A stretch of DNA of 62,996 nt, filler included. It is 8 parts of 8 records of this genome, joined end to end, with 100 filler letters (N's around TTAATTAATTAA, not from the genome) between each part and the next. Parts side by side here need not be neighbours in the genome. Positions count along the whole stretch, not along the records: positions 1 to 12,073 come from SRR31147125_3682; 7 more parts are not named here. One strand, 5' to 3'. Under the pieces are notes generated by a model. The model saw only the letters and a program-made list of their open reading frames with translations, did no database searches and was not told where the DNA came from. A program made the position numbers and the translations under genes. Each line of letters opens with the position of its first letter. Position 1 is the first letter of the stretch. Shown one piece after another: positions 1-10,180 of this stretch.

Positions 1-14
1 TTTATTCTAGAACT

Positions 15-66
15 AAGGTGGTACCGCGATTATAATCGTCCTTAGATTTTTCTAAGGGCGTTTTTT
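15..66 (+). promoter_or_regulatory. T-box riboswitch 3' part (T-box antiterminator and intrinsic terminator); Stem I/specifier lies outside the window
   Basis: AAGGTGGTACCGCG at 15-28; pairing partner CGTCCTTAG at 37-45; terminator CGTCCTTAGA/TCTAAGGGCG (37-60) plus T6; upstream of valS operon. Confidence 0.9.
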
Positions 67-78
67 ATTGGAGAAAAA

Positions 79-633
79 ATGAAAACAATAGAAACGAAAC
101 GCCTCATTTTAAGAGCCCCAAGACCCAGTGATGTTTTTGCTTTATATGCATATGCACAAAAACCACATATTGGTCCTCGAGCAGGTTGGGCACCTCATGA
201 TTCAATTGAAAAATCAAGACAAATCCTTCACATGTTGATTAAAGATCAAGATGTGTGGGCCATTACATTAAAAGATGATGATGTCTTAATTGGTACGATT
301 GGACTTCATGCAAAAGATATTCATGATGCACTTGAAGGAAAAAGAGAGCTTGGCTATGTCTTAAATGATGATTATTGGAATCAAGGCATCACCACTGAAG
401 CAGCAAAAGCACTTATTTTTTATGGATTTCATGAACTTGATTTACATAAAATAGAATGTGGACACTATGATTATAATCAAGCATCAAAAAAAGTGATAGA
501 AAAATGTGGGTTTCAGTATGAAAAAACGATGATTAAAGAAAACCAATTAAAAGAAAAAGTCAATGTCTTGATGTATCAATTGACTAAAGAAATGTTTAAA
601 CAAAAGGAGTATCAAAATGACAACATTAGATAA
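79..633 (+). CDS. GNAT N-acetyltransferase, RimJ/RimL-like (Acetyltransf_3)
   Basis: ETKRLILR start, ELGY..YWNQGITTEA, N.AS.KV.EKCGF motifs; GGAG RBS. Confidence 0.88.
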   Translation: MKTIETKRLILRAPRPSDVFALYAYAQKPHIGPRAGWAPHDSIEKSRQILHMLIKDQDVWAITLKDDDVLIGTIGLHAKDIHDALEGKRELGYVLNDDYWNQGITTEAAKALIFYGFHELDLHKIECGHYDYNQASKKVIEKCGFQYEKTMIKENQLKEKVNVLMYQLTKEMFKQKEYQNDNIR

Positions 634-3193
634 AAAATATGATTTTAAATCCGTTGAAGAAAATAGATATCAAACTTGGTTAGAAAAAGGTTATTTTGAA
701 GCAGGAAAAGACTTAAGCAAAACACCTTTTACGATTGTTATTCCACCGCCAAATGTGACAGGAAAATTACATTTAGGACATGCATGGGATAATACATTAC
801 AAGATATTATTATTAGACGTAAACGTATGCAAGGGTTTGATGCGTTATTCTTACCAGGTATGGACCATGCAGGTATTGCAACACAAGCAAAAGTAGATGC
901 ACGTTTAAAAGAGCAAGGTGTCTCTCGTTTTGATATTGGACGTGAAGCATTTTTGGAACAAGCTTGGGCATGGAAAGATGAATATGCAAATACGATTAAA
1001 AAACAATGGGCTGCACTTGGTAATTCTGTTGATTATACAAAAGAAAGATTCACACTTGATCAAAAGTTAAATGATGCTGTTAATCATGTGTTTATTGCAC
1101 TTTATGAAAAAGGATTAATTTATAGAGGACATCGTATTATTAATTGGGATTCACAAGCAAAGACTGCTTTATCTAATATTGAAGTAGAGCATAAAGAATC
1201 TAAGGGTTATCTTTATTATTTTAGATATCCATTTGTTGATGGATCTGGTTATTTAGTGATTGCCACAACACGTCCTGAGACCATGTTTGCTGATCAAGCG
1301 TTAATGGTTCATCCTGATGATCAAAGATATCAAGATGTTATAGGTAAAAAAGTGTTTATACCAGGGACTAAAGTAGAGATACCTGTGATTACTGATGATT
1401 ATGTCGATATGTCATTTGGTAGTGGCGTCGTTAAAGTAACACCTGCACATGATCAAAATGACTTTGAAGTAGGAAAAAGACATCAATTAGATATGCCACT
1501 TTGTATGGAAGAAGATGGCTTAATGAATCATATGGCTGGTAAGTATGAAGGTATGGAAAGATTTGCATGTCGTAAAGCTTTAATCGATGATTTAACATCG
1601 ATTAATTTAGTTGATAAGATTGAAGATTATACAAATAATGTTGGATATAGTGAGAGAACTGGTGTTGTCGTTGAACCAAGATTATCAGAACAATGGTTTG
1701 TGAAGATGGATGAATTATCAAGCCAAGCTTTATCTGACTCAGGGAGTCAATTTGTGCCAGAAAGATTTAAAAAAATATTTGTTAATTGGATGACTGATAC
1801 TTATGATTGGTGTATTAGTCGTCAATTATGGTGGGGACATCGTATACCAGCTTGGTATAAAGATGGTGAAGTGAAAGTACAAGTTGAATCACCAGGAGCA
1901 GATTGGCAACAAGATGAAGATGTCCTAGATACATGGTTTTCATCTGCATTATGGCCATTTTCAACACTTGGTTGGCCAGAAATCACAGAAGATTTTAAAC
2001 GTTATTATCCGACAAATGTTATGGTAACAGGTTATGATATTATATTCTTCTGGGTTGCTAGAATGATTTTTCAAGGTCTAGAATTTACAAAACAAGATCC
2101 ATTTAAAGATATTTTAATTCATGGTTTAATTAGAGACCGTGAAGGTAGAAAGATGAGTAAATCATTAGGTAATGGTGTTGACCCAATGGATGTTATTTCT
2201 AAGTATGGTGTCGATGCACTAAGATATTTCTTAACGACTAACTCAGCACCAGGTGCTGATCTTCGTTATGAAGAAGAAAAAGTGGAATCAAGTTGGAATT
2301 TTATTAATAAATTGTGGAATATTACTAGATTTATTACGATGAATATTGACGATTTAGATGCTGAAATTAATGATGAACTACAATTACAAGATCAGTGGAT
2401 ATTATCAAGATTATCTGAAGTGATAGAAGAAGCAGATTTAAATTATGAAAAATATGAATTTGGTGAAGTTGCAAGAACCTTATATAATTTCATTTGGGAA
2501 GAGTTTGCTAATTGGTATTTAGAGTTTGCAAAACTTGCATTAAATGATAAAAAGCATAGACAAACAACACAAAGTATCTTGTTAAAAGTACTTCGTACGA
2601 TATTAAAACTGATGCACCCATTTATTCCATTTGTGACTGAAAAACTATTTTTAGAAATTTCAAATGAAGAAAGTATCATGATAAGCACATGGCCAAAAGC
2701 ATCTGATGTAAATCATCAAGTGATCCAAGACTTTAATGTTTTACAAGATACGATTACAAAGGTAAGAAATTTACGTGCAGAAAATGATGTTGCACCATCA
2801 AAACCATTAGAAATTCATTTAGTCATTCAAAATGAAGATGATTTAGCATTATTTGAAGGACAAAGCGTATTTTTTGAAAAATTCTTAAATACATCAAAAT
2901 TATTGATGTCACAATCTCTATCAACTGATGAAGAGACCATTTTAATTGTTGGATCTAGAATTGTTGTCCATGTGATTAAATCGGATATTATTGATCCTCA
3001 TAAAGAACTTCAATCACTTTTAAAACAACAAAAACAATTAGAATCTGAAATTAAACGTAGTGAGTCATTACTACATAATGAGAAATTTATGAGTAAAGCA
3101 CCACAATCAAAAATCAATGATGAGAAACAAAAATACCAAGATTATTTAAAACAATATGCATTGGTGAAGGTGAAGTTAAGTGAGTACATTTAA
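617..3193 (+). CDS. valS: valine--tRNA ligase
   Basis: PPPNVTGKLHLGH (HIGH), DWCISRQLWWGH, KMSKS, C-terminal coiled coil. Confidence 0.98.
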   Translation: MTTLDKKYDFKSVEENRYQTWLEKGYFEAGKDLSKTPFTIVIPPPNVTGKLHLGHAWDNTLQDIIIRRKRMQGFDALFLPGMDHAGIATQAKVDARLKEQGVSRFDIGREAFLEQAWAWKDEYANTIKKQWAALGNSVDYTKERFTLDQKLNDAVNHVFIALYEKGLIYRGHRIINWDSQAKTALSNIEVEHKESKGYLYYFRYPFVDGSGYLVIATTRPETMFADQALMVHPDDQRYQDVIGKKVFIPGTKVEIPVITDDYVDMSFGSGVVKVTPAHDQNDFEVGKRHQLDMPLCMEEDGLMNHMAGKYEGMERFACRKALIDDLTSINLVDKIEDYTNNVGYSERTGVVVEPRLSEQWFVKMDELSSQALSDSGSQFVPERFKKIFVNWMTDTYDWCISRQLWWGHRIPAWYKDGEVKVQVESPGADWQQDEDVLDTWFSSALWPFSTLGWPEITEDFKRYYPTNVMVTGYDIIFFWVARMIFQGLEFTKQDPFKDILIHGLIRDREGRKMSKSLGNGVDPMDVISKYGVDALRYFLTTNSAPGADLRYEEEKVESSWNFINKLWNITRFITMNIDDLDAEINDELQLQDQWILSRLSEVIEEADLNYEKYEFGEVARTLYNFIWEEFANWYLEFAKLALNDKKHRQTTQSILLKVLRTILKLMHPFIPFVTEKLFLEISNEESIMISTWPKASDVNHQVIQDFNVLQDTITKVRNLRAENDVAPSKPLEIHLVIQNEDDLALFEGQSVFFEKFLNTSKLLMSQSLSTDEETILIVGSRIVVHVIKSDIIDPHKELQSLLKQQKQLESEIKRSESLLHNEKFMSKAPQSKINDEKQKYQDYLKQYALVKVKLSEYI

Positions 3194-4517
3194 TGATTTA
3201 GAAAAAGCGATTGCTTGGATTGAATCACAAACAAAATTTAGTCCAAAAAAAGACTTATCGCGTATGCGTGCAGCATATGCGATGCTAGATATTGACCTAT
3301 CACATGTTAAAAAGATTCATGTTGCTGGTACAAATGGCAAAGGGTCTACATTAGAATTTATTTTAAGAATACTAAGAGAAAAAGGACATAAGATTGCAAC
3401 ATTTCGTTCTCCTTATGTTTATCAATTCAATGAGCGTATAGGTTTTGATTTAAAATACATTAGAAATGCTGAACTACTTGATTTAATCAATGAAATCTAT
3501 GATTTTAATGAGATGTTTAAAACATCTTATGGTCAACATTTAAGTTTCTTTGAACTTTTAACACTGATGGCATTTAAGTATACATTTGATAAAAAAGCTG
3601 ATTTTATGATCATTGAAGTTGGTATTGGTGGATTATTGGATGCGACTAATATTCTAGATTATGATTTATCTTTAATCACAAATATTGGTTATGATCATAT
3701 GCATATATTAGGTGATACATTAGAAAGTATTGCAAAAAATAAACTAGGTATTCTAAAGAAAGGTAATCATTTAATCTCAACTGTTGATCAAGCACTACAT
3801 CAACAATTTAAACATTATGCTGATCAAGTAGGGGCAACCCTTCATTTAATTGAAAAACCACTAGAAATTATTGAATCAGACCCATTATTTTTAAACTATG
3901 AAGGTTATCGCTTATATATTGCAGCACGAGGGACATTCCAAGCAAAAAATGTCACTTTGGCGATTGCAGCAGCAAAATATTTTTATCCTGATTTAGATAT
4001 CTTAACGATTAATCGTGCATTTAAACATGCAAAAGTCATTGGACGATTTTATATGTTAGCACCTCAAGTATATACTGATGGTGCACATAATATCTCAGCC
4101 ATGCGTGCACTTGTTGATCATTTAAAAGAGATATTAAAGAAAAGATCTAAAATTAAAGTGATTTTTAGTGCATTAAGCGATAAAGATATTAATGGTATGT
4201 TAGATTTACTTGAAGAAATATCAGATGATATTTGTATCACGTCTTTTCCTGATCCAAGATTTAAATCTCTACAACCCTTTGTGAGACCAGGTATGTATTA
4301 TAATGAAGATGCACTCAGTGCATTTCAAAACTTTTATATCAATAAAACATATGATGAAGCGATTGTGATCACAGGATCATTTCATTTTGTCAGTCATATG
4401 ATTCATACGGTTAAAGCTTATCAACATAAAGTGATGGATGCAGAGGATTTTGCTATTGCCTATAAAGAGAAATATATGCATTTAATGGATAAAGATTTAT
4501 TTGATGATGAAGAGTAA
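3180..4517 (+). CDS. folC: folylpolyglutamate synthase/dihydrofolate synthase
   Basis: IHVAGTNGKGS, EVGIGGLLDATN, DGAHN; canonical valS-folC linkage. Confidence 0.93.
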   Translation: MSTFNDLEKAIAWIESQTKFSPKKDLSRMRAAYAMLDIDLSHVKKIHVAGTNGKGSTLEFILRILREKGHKIATFRSPYVYQFNERIGFDLKYIRNAELLDLINEIYDFNEMFKTSYGQHLSFFELLTLMAFKYTFDKKADFMIIEVGIGGLLDATNILDYDLSLITNIGYDHMHILGDTLESIAKNKLGILKKGNHLISTVDQALHQQFKHYADQVGATLHLIEKPLEIIESDPLFLNYEGYRLYIAARGTFQAKNVTLAIAAAKYFYPDLDILTINRAFKHAKVIGRFYMLAPQVYTDGAHNISAMRALVDHLKEILKKRSKIKVIFSALSDKDINGMLDLLEEISDDICITSFPDPRFKSLQPFVRPGMYYNEDALSAFQNFYINKTYDEAIVITGSFHFVSHMIHTVKAYQHKVMDAEDFAIAYKEKYMHLMDKDLFDDEE

Positions 4518-4523
4518 AACGAT

Positions 4524-4560
4524 AACACCTTTTCTATGATTACATAGAGGAGGTGTTTTT
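4524..4560 (+). terminator. hairpin with short T-tract after folC whose 3' arm contains the radC Shine-Dalgarno
   Basis: AACACCTTTTCTATG-atta-CATAGAGGAGGTGTT-ttt; ATG at 4563. Confidence 0.6.
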
Positions 4561-4562
4561 AT

Positions 4563-5252
4563 ATGAAAACATACAAATTAAAAGAAACACCGTTAGAAGA
4601 AAGACCAAGAGAAAGATTGATTGCAAAAGGTGCACAAGCATTATCTAATTATGAATTGATTGCGATATTACTTAGAACAGGGACAAAATATCAAACAGTG
4701 ACAGAACTTTCAAAAGAAGTGCTTTATCATCTTGATCACTTAGAAGATATTAAAAAAGTTAGTTATTATACATTTACTAAAATACCAGGGATTAAACGGG
4801 CAAAAGCAACAACACTATTAGCTGCTATTGAACTTGGTAGAAGACTTTCTCATATCACGCATCAAGAGAAAATAGTGATTACATCGCCTTATGATGTTTA
4901 TCATTTACTTGTCAATGATTTAATGCCATTAGAACAAGAGCATTTTATTGTCTTATATTTAAACATTAAAAGTCAAATCATCAAACAAGAAACACTTTAT
5001 ATGGGAACCATTAATCAAATGGTCATCCATCCCAGAGATATTTATAAAAAAGCAGTCGTATATGCAGCATCAGCAATGATATTTGTTCATAATCATCCAA
5101 CAGGTGATGCGACACCATCACGAGCAGATATAAAAGCAACCAAAGTCTTATTTGAAACCTCAGAAGTCATGGGTATTGATATTATTGATCATATCATTAT
5201 TGGTAGAAATGAGTTTTATTCACTAAAAGCAAATCAGAAAACAAAGCTATAA
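4563..5252 (+). CDS. radC: RadC family JAB/MPN domain protein
   Basis: ERPRERL..GAQALSNYELIAILLRTG, HNHPTGD.TPS..D, DHIIIG. Confidence 0.93.
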   Translation: MKTYKLKETPLEERPRERLIAKGAQALSNYELIAILLRTGTKYQTVTELSKEVLYHLDHLEDIKKVSYYTFTKIPGIKRAKATTLLAAIELGRRLSHITHQEKIVITSPYDVYHLLVNDLMPLEQEHFIVLYLNIKSQIIKQETLYMGTINQMVIHPRDIYKKAVVYAASAMIFVHNHPTGDATPSRADIKATKVLFETSEVMGIDIIDHIIIGRNEFYSLKANQKTKL

Positions 5253-5297
5253 AAAAACATAGATTTAATGATATAATATCAATAGTGAGGTGACCAA

Positions 5298-6235
5298 ATG
5301 AAAAAAAGAGATAACGCAAAGATATTTTGGTATTTAACAGCTATAGGATTTATCCTATTATTTATATTAATATTAATAAGTAGTGTATTAGATGTAGGCG
5401 ATCGATTAAGTGGATTTACCATTTCTCAAATACCTGTCATAGAATATGCATTTTATGGTCTGGTGATACTACTTGTCTATGTATTGATCTTACGACCTAT
5501 ACATATTATTTTGTTTTCACCAACTTTTTCTATTGAAACAACACTCGAACAGTCAGAGAAAAAAATCATAGATTATACAAAAGAGTTGCTTATAGACTAT
5601 TAAAAAATGAAGATTTATCAGATGAATCTCGAATCAACTTAGAAAATGCATTATCCGATCATGATGCATTAAAAGAAACACTGCAACATGTATTTAATCA
5701 TGATATTAAAAAAATCATAAATAAACGGATTAAGAAAAACGCAAAAACAGTGATGGTATCAACAGCGATTTCTCAAAATGGACGACTTGATTTTTTTACA
5801 GTTGTTGCAGTTAATTTAAAGATGATTAAAGAGATTGTTGAAATATGTGGATTTAGACCTAATTTTAGAAAACTTGCAAAACTAACAATTAATGTTTTTT
5901 CTACAGCGTTAATCGCAGAAGGTTTAGAAGATCTTGATCTATCTGAAGTACTGCCTTCTCAAACACTCACAACGCTATCTGAACTACCACTTGTTAAGCC
6001 ATTGATGTCATCAATGACTCAAGGTATTTCAAATGCATTATTAACACTTAGAATAGGTATCGTTACACGTAAATACTTATTTACAGATGCTCAAGAAGTC
6101 ACTAAAGAGAAGGTTAGAAGAGATGCTTTAGTAGAAGCTGCAGGTATGCTACCTTCTGTAATTGGTGATGCTGCAGTGTCCATTCCTAAAAAATTTATGA
6201 ACATGTTTAAAACTAAAGATAAAAAACAGTCATAA
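5298..6235 (+). CDS. YcjF/DUF697-like membrane protein, split by a frameshift in the A-run near 5560
   Basis: N-terminal TM ORF 5298-5603; alternate frame from ~5565 (NHRLYKRVAYRLL...) is open into 5750-6235 ORF with STAISQNGRLD and QGISNALLTLRIG. Confidence 0.7.
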
Positions 6236-6362
6236 ATATAATATATTTAAATAAAAAATTAATTGTAAAAAATTAAATATTCATGTTGAGACTTATGTAA
6301 AAATTATGTATAATATAAGTAATTGAGCATAAGCTCATAAATATAGGAGGATATAGAGAGAG

Positions 6363-7439
6363 ATGAAGAAAATTTTAGCTTTATTAGTTTTACTTTCTGC
6401 TGGTTTTGTCTTAGCATCATGTGGTGACGAGACATATACAATCGCAATGATCACTGATACAGGTGATATTGATGATGGTTCATTCAACCAAGGTACTTGG
6501 GAAGGTATCAAAGAATATGCTGATGCAAATGATATTTCACGTAAATATTATAAACCAGCTGGTGAATCAACAGATGATTATGTAGCTGCTATTGATTTAG
6601 CTGTTGCAGGTGGCGCAGAAATCGTTGTAACACCAGGTTTCTACTTTGAAACACCTATCTTTACTGCACAAACTAAATACCCAGATGTTAAATTTGTGTT
6701 AATTGACGGTTCACCACATAATGGTGACTACAATGTTGTCATTGAAGATAATGTATTATCAATTTTCTTTAACGAACATGAAGCTGGTTTCTTAGCTGGT
6801 TATGCTGTTGTTAAAGAAGGATTTGAAGAATTAGGATTTATGGGTGGTATTGCTGTACCTGCTGTTCAACGTTTTGGTGTTGGATATGTAGCTGGTGCAT
6901 ACTATGCTGCTGAAGAATTAGGATTAACTGATTTTGAATTTGATGTTGATTACTACACATACTTAGGTTCTTTTGGTCCAAGTGATGAATATAAAACACT
7001 TGCTGCTACTTGGTATGATAATGGTATTGAAGTGATTCATGCTGCTGCTGGTGGTGCTGGATTCTCAGTCATGGCTGCTGCTGCTGAAAGAACTGATAAA
7101 TGGGTAGTTGGTGTTGACTCTGACCAAGCTGAAGATAGTGATACTGTAATCACATCTGCGCTTAAAGGTGTTGGTACTGCTGCATACAATGCACTAGACG
7201 AATACTTTAGTGATAACTGGGATGGCGGAAAATCTATTTCTCTTGCTGCTTCAGACGATGCTGTAGGACTTCCTATGGAAACATCAAGATTTGAAACATT
7301 TAATGATGCTGCATACGATTCAATTTTCGGTATGTTAGGTACTACTGTTGTTGTTCCATCAGATGCTGCTGCATTAAATACATTCGTTACTGATTTAGGT
7401 TATACATTACCTGAAGGTTTCGTAGCTAAAATCGGATAA
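6363..7439 (+). CDS. BMP family ABC transporter substrate-binding lipoprotein (nucleoside/purine type)
   Basis: lipobox LASC, DTGDIDDGSFNQ..WEG, VGVDSDQ. Confidence 0.9.
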   Translation: MKKILALLVLLSAGFVLASCGDETYTIAMITDTGDIDDGSFNQGTWEGIKEYADANDISRKYYKPAGESTDDYVAAIDLAVAGGAEIVVTPGFYFETPIFTAQTKYPDVKFVLIDGSPHNGDYNVVIEDNVLSIFFNEHEAGFLAGYAVVKEGFEELGFMGGIAVPAVQRFGVGYVAGAYYAAEELGLTDFEFDVDYYTYLGSFGPSDEYKTLAATWYDNGIEVIHAAAGGAGFSVMAAAAERTDKWVVGVDSDQAEDSDTVITSALKGVGTAAYNALDEYFSDNWDGGKSISLAASDDAVGLPMETSRFETFNDAAYDSIFGMLGTTVVVPSDAAALNTFVTDLGYTLPEGFVAKIG

Positions 7440-7467
7440 CAAAAACAATCATATTTAAATTTAAAGC

Positions 7468-7498
7468 AAGGGGTATATGCACATATACCCCTTCTTTT
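7468..7498 (+). terminator. intercistronic hairpin/terminator after bmp gene
   Basis: AAGGGGTATATG-ca-CATATACCCCTT followed by CTTTT. Confidence 0.65.
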
Positions 7499-7515
7499 AA
7501 AAACTGGAGGAACTT

Positions 7516-9036
7516 ATGTTAGAAATGCGTAACATAACAAAAGTCTTTGGCAAACTTGTTGCTAATGATCATGTTAATTTAAAAGTAGATAAAGGGGAAG
7601 TACATGCACTGCTCGGTGAAAATGGTGCTGGTAAATCAACATTAATGTCTATTCTTTTTGGATTATATAAACCAGAAAGTGGAGAGATTTTAATTGATGG
7701 AGAAGTCGTTAACATTCAATCACCAAATGATGCCAATAAATTAGGGATAGGTATGGTGCATCAACATTTTAAACTTGTTGAAACATTTACAGTACTAGAA
7801 AATATCATTTTAGGTGCAGAAGATACTAATAATGGTTTTTTAACAACTGTTGAAGCAAGAAAGAAAATTACAGAATTATCAACAAAATATGGTTTAAATG
7901 TTGATTTAGATGCCAAAATTAAAGATATTACAGTTGGTCAGCAACAAAGAGTAGAAATTATTAAAATGCTCTACAGGGATGCTGATATTCTTATTTTTGA
8001 TGAACCTACTGCAGTACTTACACCTCAAGAAATACATGAATTAATAGAAATTATTAAGAATTTTGCTAAAGAAGGAAAAACAATCATCCTAATCTCACAC
8101 AAGCTTAATGAAATTAAGCTTGCTGCTGATAATTGTACAGTACTTAGACGTGGTAAACATGTCGGAACTGTTTCTGTCAAAGATACGACGACAAAACAAA
8201 TGGCAGAAATGATGGTTGGACGTTCTCTTACATTCGAGTATGACATTAAGAAACAAAAACCCGGAAAAGCAGTACTTAAAATCGAAGATTTAGTCGTATC
8301 ACATATCAATAAAAATGTTGTTGATCATGTTAGCCTAGAAGTACGAGAAGGTGAAATACTAGGTATAGCTGGTATTGATGGTAACGGACAAACAGAATTT
8401 ATACAAGCCTTAACAGGACTTCGTCAAATTCACAGTGGTAAAGTGTTATTAAACGATGAAGATATGACACATATGCATATTAAAGATCGTTATGAACTAG
8501 GCCTATCTCATATTCCTGAAGATAGACAAAAACATGGACTTATCCTTGATTTTGATCTTGCCTATAACCTGATGCTGCAAAGATATTACACGCCAGAATT
8601 CCAAAATAAAGGTTTTCTTAAAAAAGATGATATATATGCATATGCTGATCGTTTAATTGAACAATTTGACATTCGTTCTGCGGCAGGTGCACAAACAACA
8701 GTACGATCTATGAGTGGTGGTAATCAACAAAAAGCTATCATTGCAAGAGAAGTTGACCGTAAACATAATCTTATGATTGCTGTTCAACCGACTAGAGGTT
8801 TAGATGTTGGGGCAATCGAGTATATTCATAAACAATTAATTAAAGAAAGAAATGAGAAAAAAGCGATTTTATTAGTGTCACTTGAATTAGATGAAGTCCT
8901 TGATCTCTCTGATAGAATTTTAGTCATGTATGAAGGCAAAATAGTTGGTGAATTTAGTAAAGATAAAGCAACTGCACAAGAATTAGGTCTTTATATGTCT
9001 GGATCGAAAGTTGATGGTGAGCAAGATGGAAAATAA
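7516..9036 (+). CDS. nucleoside ABC transporter ATP-binding protein (double ABC domain)
   Basis: GENGAGKST, FDEPT, MSGGNQQK, QPTRGLDVGA. Confidence 0.93.
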   Translation: MLEMRNITKVFGKLVANDHVNLKVDKGEVHALLGENGAGKSTLMSILFGLYKPESGEILIDGEVVNIQSPNDANKLGIGMVHQHFKLVETFTVLENIILGAEDTNNGFLTTVEARKKITELSTKYGLNVDLDAKIKDITVGQQQRVEIIKMLYRDADILIFDEPTAVLTPQEIHELIEIIKNFAKEGKTIILISHKLNEIKLAADNCTVLRRGKHVGTVSVKDTTTKQMAEMMVGRSLTFEYDIKKQKPGKAVLKIEDLVVSHINKNVVDHVSLEVREGEILGIAGIDGNGQTEFIQALTGLRQIHSGKVLLNDEDMTHMHIKDRYELGLSHIPEDRQKHGLILDFDLAYNLMLQRYYTPEFQNKGFLKKDDIYAYADRLIEQFDIRSAAGAQTTVRSMSGGNQQKAIIAREVDRKHNLMIAVQPTRGLDVGAIEYIHKQLIKERNEKKAILLVSLELDEVLDLSDRILVMYEGKIVGEFSKDKATAQELGLYMSGSKVDGEQDGK

Positions 9037-10180
9037 GCAAACATTTACTGATAAAGTAAAAAAAGCAACTTTGATTGCGTTAAATTATACAAAAAAAGGC
9101 CTTATTGCAATATTTAATAAAGCGAAACCAAGTTTAATCGCTATTGGTATTGGTTTAGTAATTGGATTTATTGTTATGCTTATCTTTAATCCAAGTGGTG
9201 CATTTTCTGGACTTGTTCATATGCTACTTGGTGGATTTAATAATGGTGTATTTAGTATTGCTGATATGCTTATTAAAGCAACACCAATTATATTAACAGG
9301 TGTTGCATTAGTTTTTGCGTTTAAATCAGGATTATTCAATATTGGTGCATCAGGTCAAATGATTATGGGTGCTTATACAGCGGTTCATATTGGTGTTTTA
9401 TGGAATATTCCTGCACCGTTTCACTGGATGGTTGCCATTATTCTAGGTACGATTGTTGGTGCATTATGGGGTATGATTCCTGGATTACTTAAAGCATATC
9501 GTAATACAAATGAAGTTGTTGTAACGATTATGATGAACTATATTGGAACACTATTTGTCATGTATATGGTTAAAACATTTGTCTACAATGCTTCATATGC
9601 GAAGTCTTTAGATATTCAAGCATCTGCTGAATTACCAATGATTGGTGGTATATTTTCAAATTCTACTTTAACTATTGGTATTATTATTGCTGTAGCAGTT
9701 GCTATATTAGGACATATCGTCATGCATAAAACAACACTTGGCTATCAATTACAAGCTGCTGGAATGAATCCAGATGGCGCAAAATATGCAGGTATGAATG
9801 AAAAAGCAAATATTATTAAATCGATGATGATATCTGGGGGTCTTGCAGGTCTTGCAGGTACACTCGTATATTTAGTAAAAGGTAAAAATCTAGGTGTCTC
9901 ATTGACATTATTAACTGAAGGTTTTGATGGTATTTCTGTTGCATTACTAGGTTTAAATGAGCCTATTGGTGCACTACTTGCTGGACTATTCTTATCACAT
10001 ATTAATACAGGTGGTTTCTTTATGCAAGTTGATGGCTTTGTGCCACAAATTACAGAAATAGTTATAGCTGTCATTGTTTATGTCACTGCAATATCTGCAG
10101 GTATACAGTTATATCTTAAAAATAGAAAACTTAAAAAAGAACAAGAACGACTACTCAAAGAAGAGGGGGCAAAATCATGA
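9011..10180 (+). CDS. nucleoside ABC transporter permease (true start possibly ATG at 9026)
   Basis: GLFNIGASGQ, EVVVTIMMNY; multi-TM. Confidence 0.9.
   Translation: MMVSKMENKQTFTDKVKKATLIALNYTKKGLIAIFNKAKPSLIAIGIGLVIGFIVMLIFNPSGAFSGLVHMLLGGFNNGVFSIADMLIKATPIILTGVALVFAFKSGLFNIGASGQMIMGAYTAVHIGVLWNIPAPFHWMVAIILGTIVGALWGMIPGLLKAYRNTNEVVVTIMMNYIGTLFVMYMVKTFVYNASYAKSLDIQASAELPMIGGIFSNSTLTIGIIIAVAVAILGHIVMHKTTLGYQLQAAGMNPDGAKYAGMNEKANIIKSMMISGGLAGLAGTLVYLVKGKNLGVSLTLLTEGFDGISVALLGLNEPIGALLAGLFLSHINTGGFFMQVDGFVPQITEIVIAVIVYVTAISAGIQLYLKNRKLKKEQERLLKEEGAKS

Noticed and set aside
6236-6362. Purine riboswitch upstream of the nucleoside ABC operon
   Set aside because: No TTTCTACC core or three-way junction; only a promoter-like region and a tiny TGAGC/GCTCA hairpin.
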